From NCBI GenBank assembly GCA_963675755.2, contig CAXXMD010000003.1, positions 1,312,001-1,376,000 on the forward strand: a stretch of 64,000 bases of DNA, in the 5' to 3' direction. The position numbers and the translations under genes were made by a program. The stretch is from a bacterium (GTDB taxonomy: Bacteria > Zhuqueibacterota > Zhuqueibacteria > Residuimicrobiales > Krinioviventaceae). Below are positions 62,900 to 64,000 of this stretch, piece after piece; positions within the stretch are counted from its first letter, which is position 1, and every line of letters starts with the position of its first letter. The notes beneath the pieces are model-generated. The model worked only from the letters and a program-made list of their open reading frames with translations. It was not told the DNA's origin and did not search any database.

Positions 62900-63622
62900 A
62901 TGAAAACATCAAAAACATTATCAGTTCTGCTTCTTGCTTTTGCAATGATCGCTTTTTTTAGCGTTCCTGCAGTATTCTCTCAAACCACTGAACATGGTCC
63001 AAAATTCGTTGACCTGGATGGTGATGGATATAACGACAATGCTCCCGACGCTGATGGCGACGGTATTCCCAATGGCATGGACGAAGACTATGTCCGCAGC
63101 GGTGCAGGCAACGGCAATGGTGTTGGCGGCGAAGGCTTTGTAGATGAAGATGGTGACGGTATTAACGACAATGCCCCCGATGCTGATGGCGACGGTATTC
63201 CCAATGGTATGGATGAAGACTATGTACAACAAGCAGGCCAAGGCAATGGTGCCGGCAAAGGCCAGGGCGCAAGTAATTTTGTAGATGAAGATGGCGACGG
63301 ATATAACGACAATGCTCCGGACGCTGATGGCGATGGTATCCCTAATGGACAGGATGCGGATTATGTAGCTGCCGGTAGTCAAAACGGCTTTGGCAAGGGC
63401 AAGGGACGCGGAATGAACGGTTTTGTAGATGAAGACGGTGACGGTATTAACGACAATGCTCCGGATGCTGATGGTGATGGTATCCCTAATGGACAGGATG
63501 CAGATTGGGTGAAACCGGAAGATTGTTTGGGACGTGGTGCTAATATGGGAACCGGCTTTGGTCGTAATTCTGACGGAACTCCCGGAAGAGGCAGAGGTAA
63601 TGGCAAAGGTGGTAATAATTAA
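62900..63622 (+). CDS. Secreted protein with four acidic DxDGDG (thrombospondin type-3-like Ca-binding) repeats and Gly-rich linkers
   Basis: Signal peptide; 4x FVDxDGDGxNDNAPDADGDGIPNGxDxD[YW]V; AGGAG RBS. Confidence 0.85.
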   Translation: MKTSKTLSVLLLAFAMIAFFSVPAVFSQTTEHGPKFVDLDGDGYNDNAPDADGDGIPNGMDEDYVRSGAGNGNGVGGEGFVDEDGDGINDNAPDADGDGIPNGMDEDYVQQAGQGNGAGKGQGASNFVDEDGDGYNDNAPDADGDGIPNGQDADYVAAGSQNGFGKGKGRGMNGFVDEDGDGINDNAPDADGDGIPNGQDADWVKPEDCLGRGANMGTGFGRNSDGTPGRGRGNGKGGNN

Positions 63623-63639
63623 TCTTTTCCTGTTAAAAA

Positions 63640-63665
63640 GCAGCGGTCATCTGGTTGACCGCTGC
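63640..63665 (+). terminator. Intergenic hairpin (weak terminator or mRNA stabiliser)
   Basis: GCAGCGGTCA-N6-TGACCGCTGC with a poor U tract. Confidence 0.55.
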
Positions 63666-63685
63666 TCTATTTATCGAGGTTTATC

Positions 63686-64000
63686 ATGAAAAAGTATATT
63701 ATATTCCTGTTCATTTTACCAGCATTGATTTTTGCACAACCCGGACTCTTGCTCAAAACATCCAGTGGGTATACTGACAATGCATTTAACAACTATCGTC
63801 AATCCAGTGATTATTATACTTGGATCAATGCATATGCCAATCACGACTGGATCCAGGAAAACAGCGGTGTTCGCTTTTACTATGACGGTTCATATTCAGC
63901 ATATAAACAGTATTCTGACAAAAATTATATGGTGAACGATTTTGGAATGTCTTTTTACAACTATTTGGGTCAAAAAGGAAACCGAATTAATGCAGGCATT
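63686..64000 (+). CDS. Exported protein, possibly an outer-membrane beta-barrel (partial, runs off the right edge)
   Basis: GAGG RBS; MKKYIIFLFILPALIFAQ signal peptide; frame open to the window end (GYTDNAF...). Confidence 0.7.
   Translation, partial: MKKYIIFLFILPALIFAQPGLLLKTSSGYTDNAFNNYRQSSDYYTWINAYANHDWIQENSGVRFYYDGSYSAYKQYSDKNYMVNDFGMSFYNYLGQKGNRINAGI

Noticed and set aside
63000-63510. Nucleotide tandem repeats as a non-coding array
   Set aside because: They are in-frame coding repeats with synonymous variation inside the secreted protein gene.

Overview
A 64-kb bacterial chromosomal segment rich in secreted carbohydrate-active enzymes (GH2, GH78, GH92 x2, GH106-like, sialate O-acetylesterase x2, sulfatase), transporters and type IX secretion (T9SS) genes (porU x2, two FlgD-Ig/CTD beta-helix cargo proteins). 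T9SS genes together with clear GGAG Shine-Dalgarno sites suggest a non-Bacteroidota FCB-group organism (KSB1/Calditrichota-like); this is an inference. No rRNA, tRNA, CRISPR, integrase or transposase was seen. Unexplained structure: (1) four separate tandem pairs of diverged, intact paralogues, three with readable junction scars (an rseC 3' relic, an MFS-derived N-terminus, a 10-bp microhomology). (2) A family of about 7 covarying ~25-37 bp palindromes between gene modules; two of them form direct repeats around an AT-rich DUF262/DUF1524 islet. (3) Several 8-10 nt-period inverted-repeat elements, one bracketing an orphan gene. (4) A sigma54 two-component system with visible enhancer sites and a -24/-12 promoter driving a secreted DxDGDG-repeat protein. 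(5) A probable ATT start codon for fetA.
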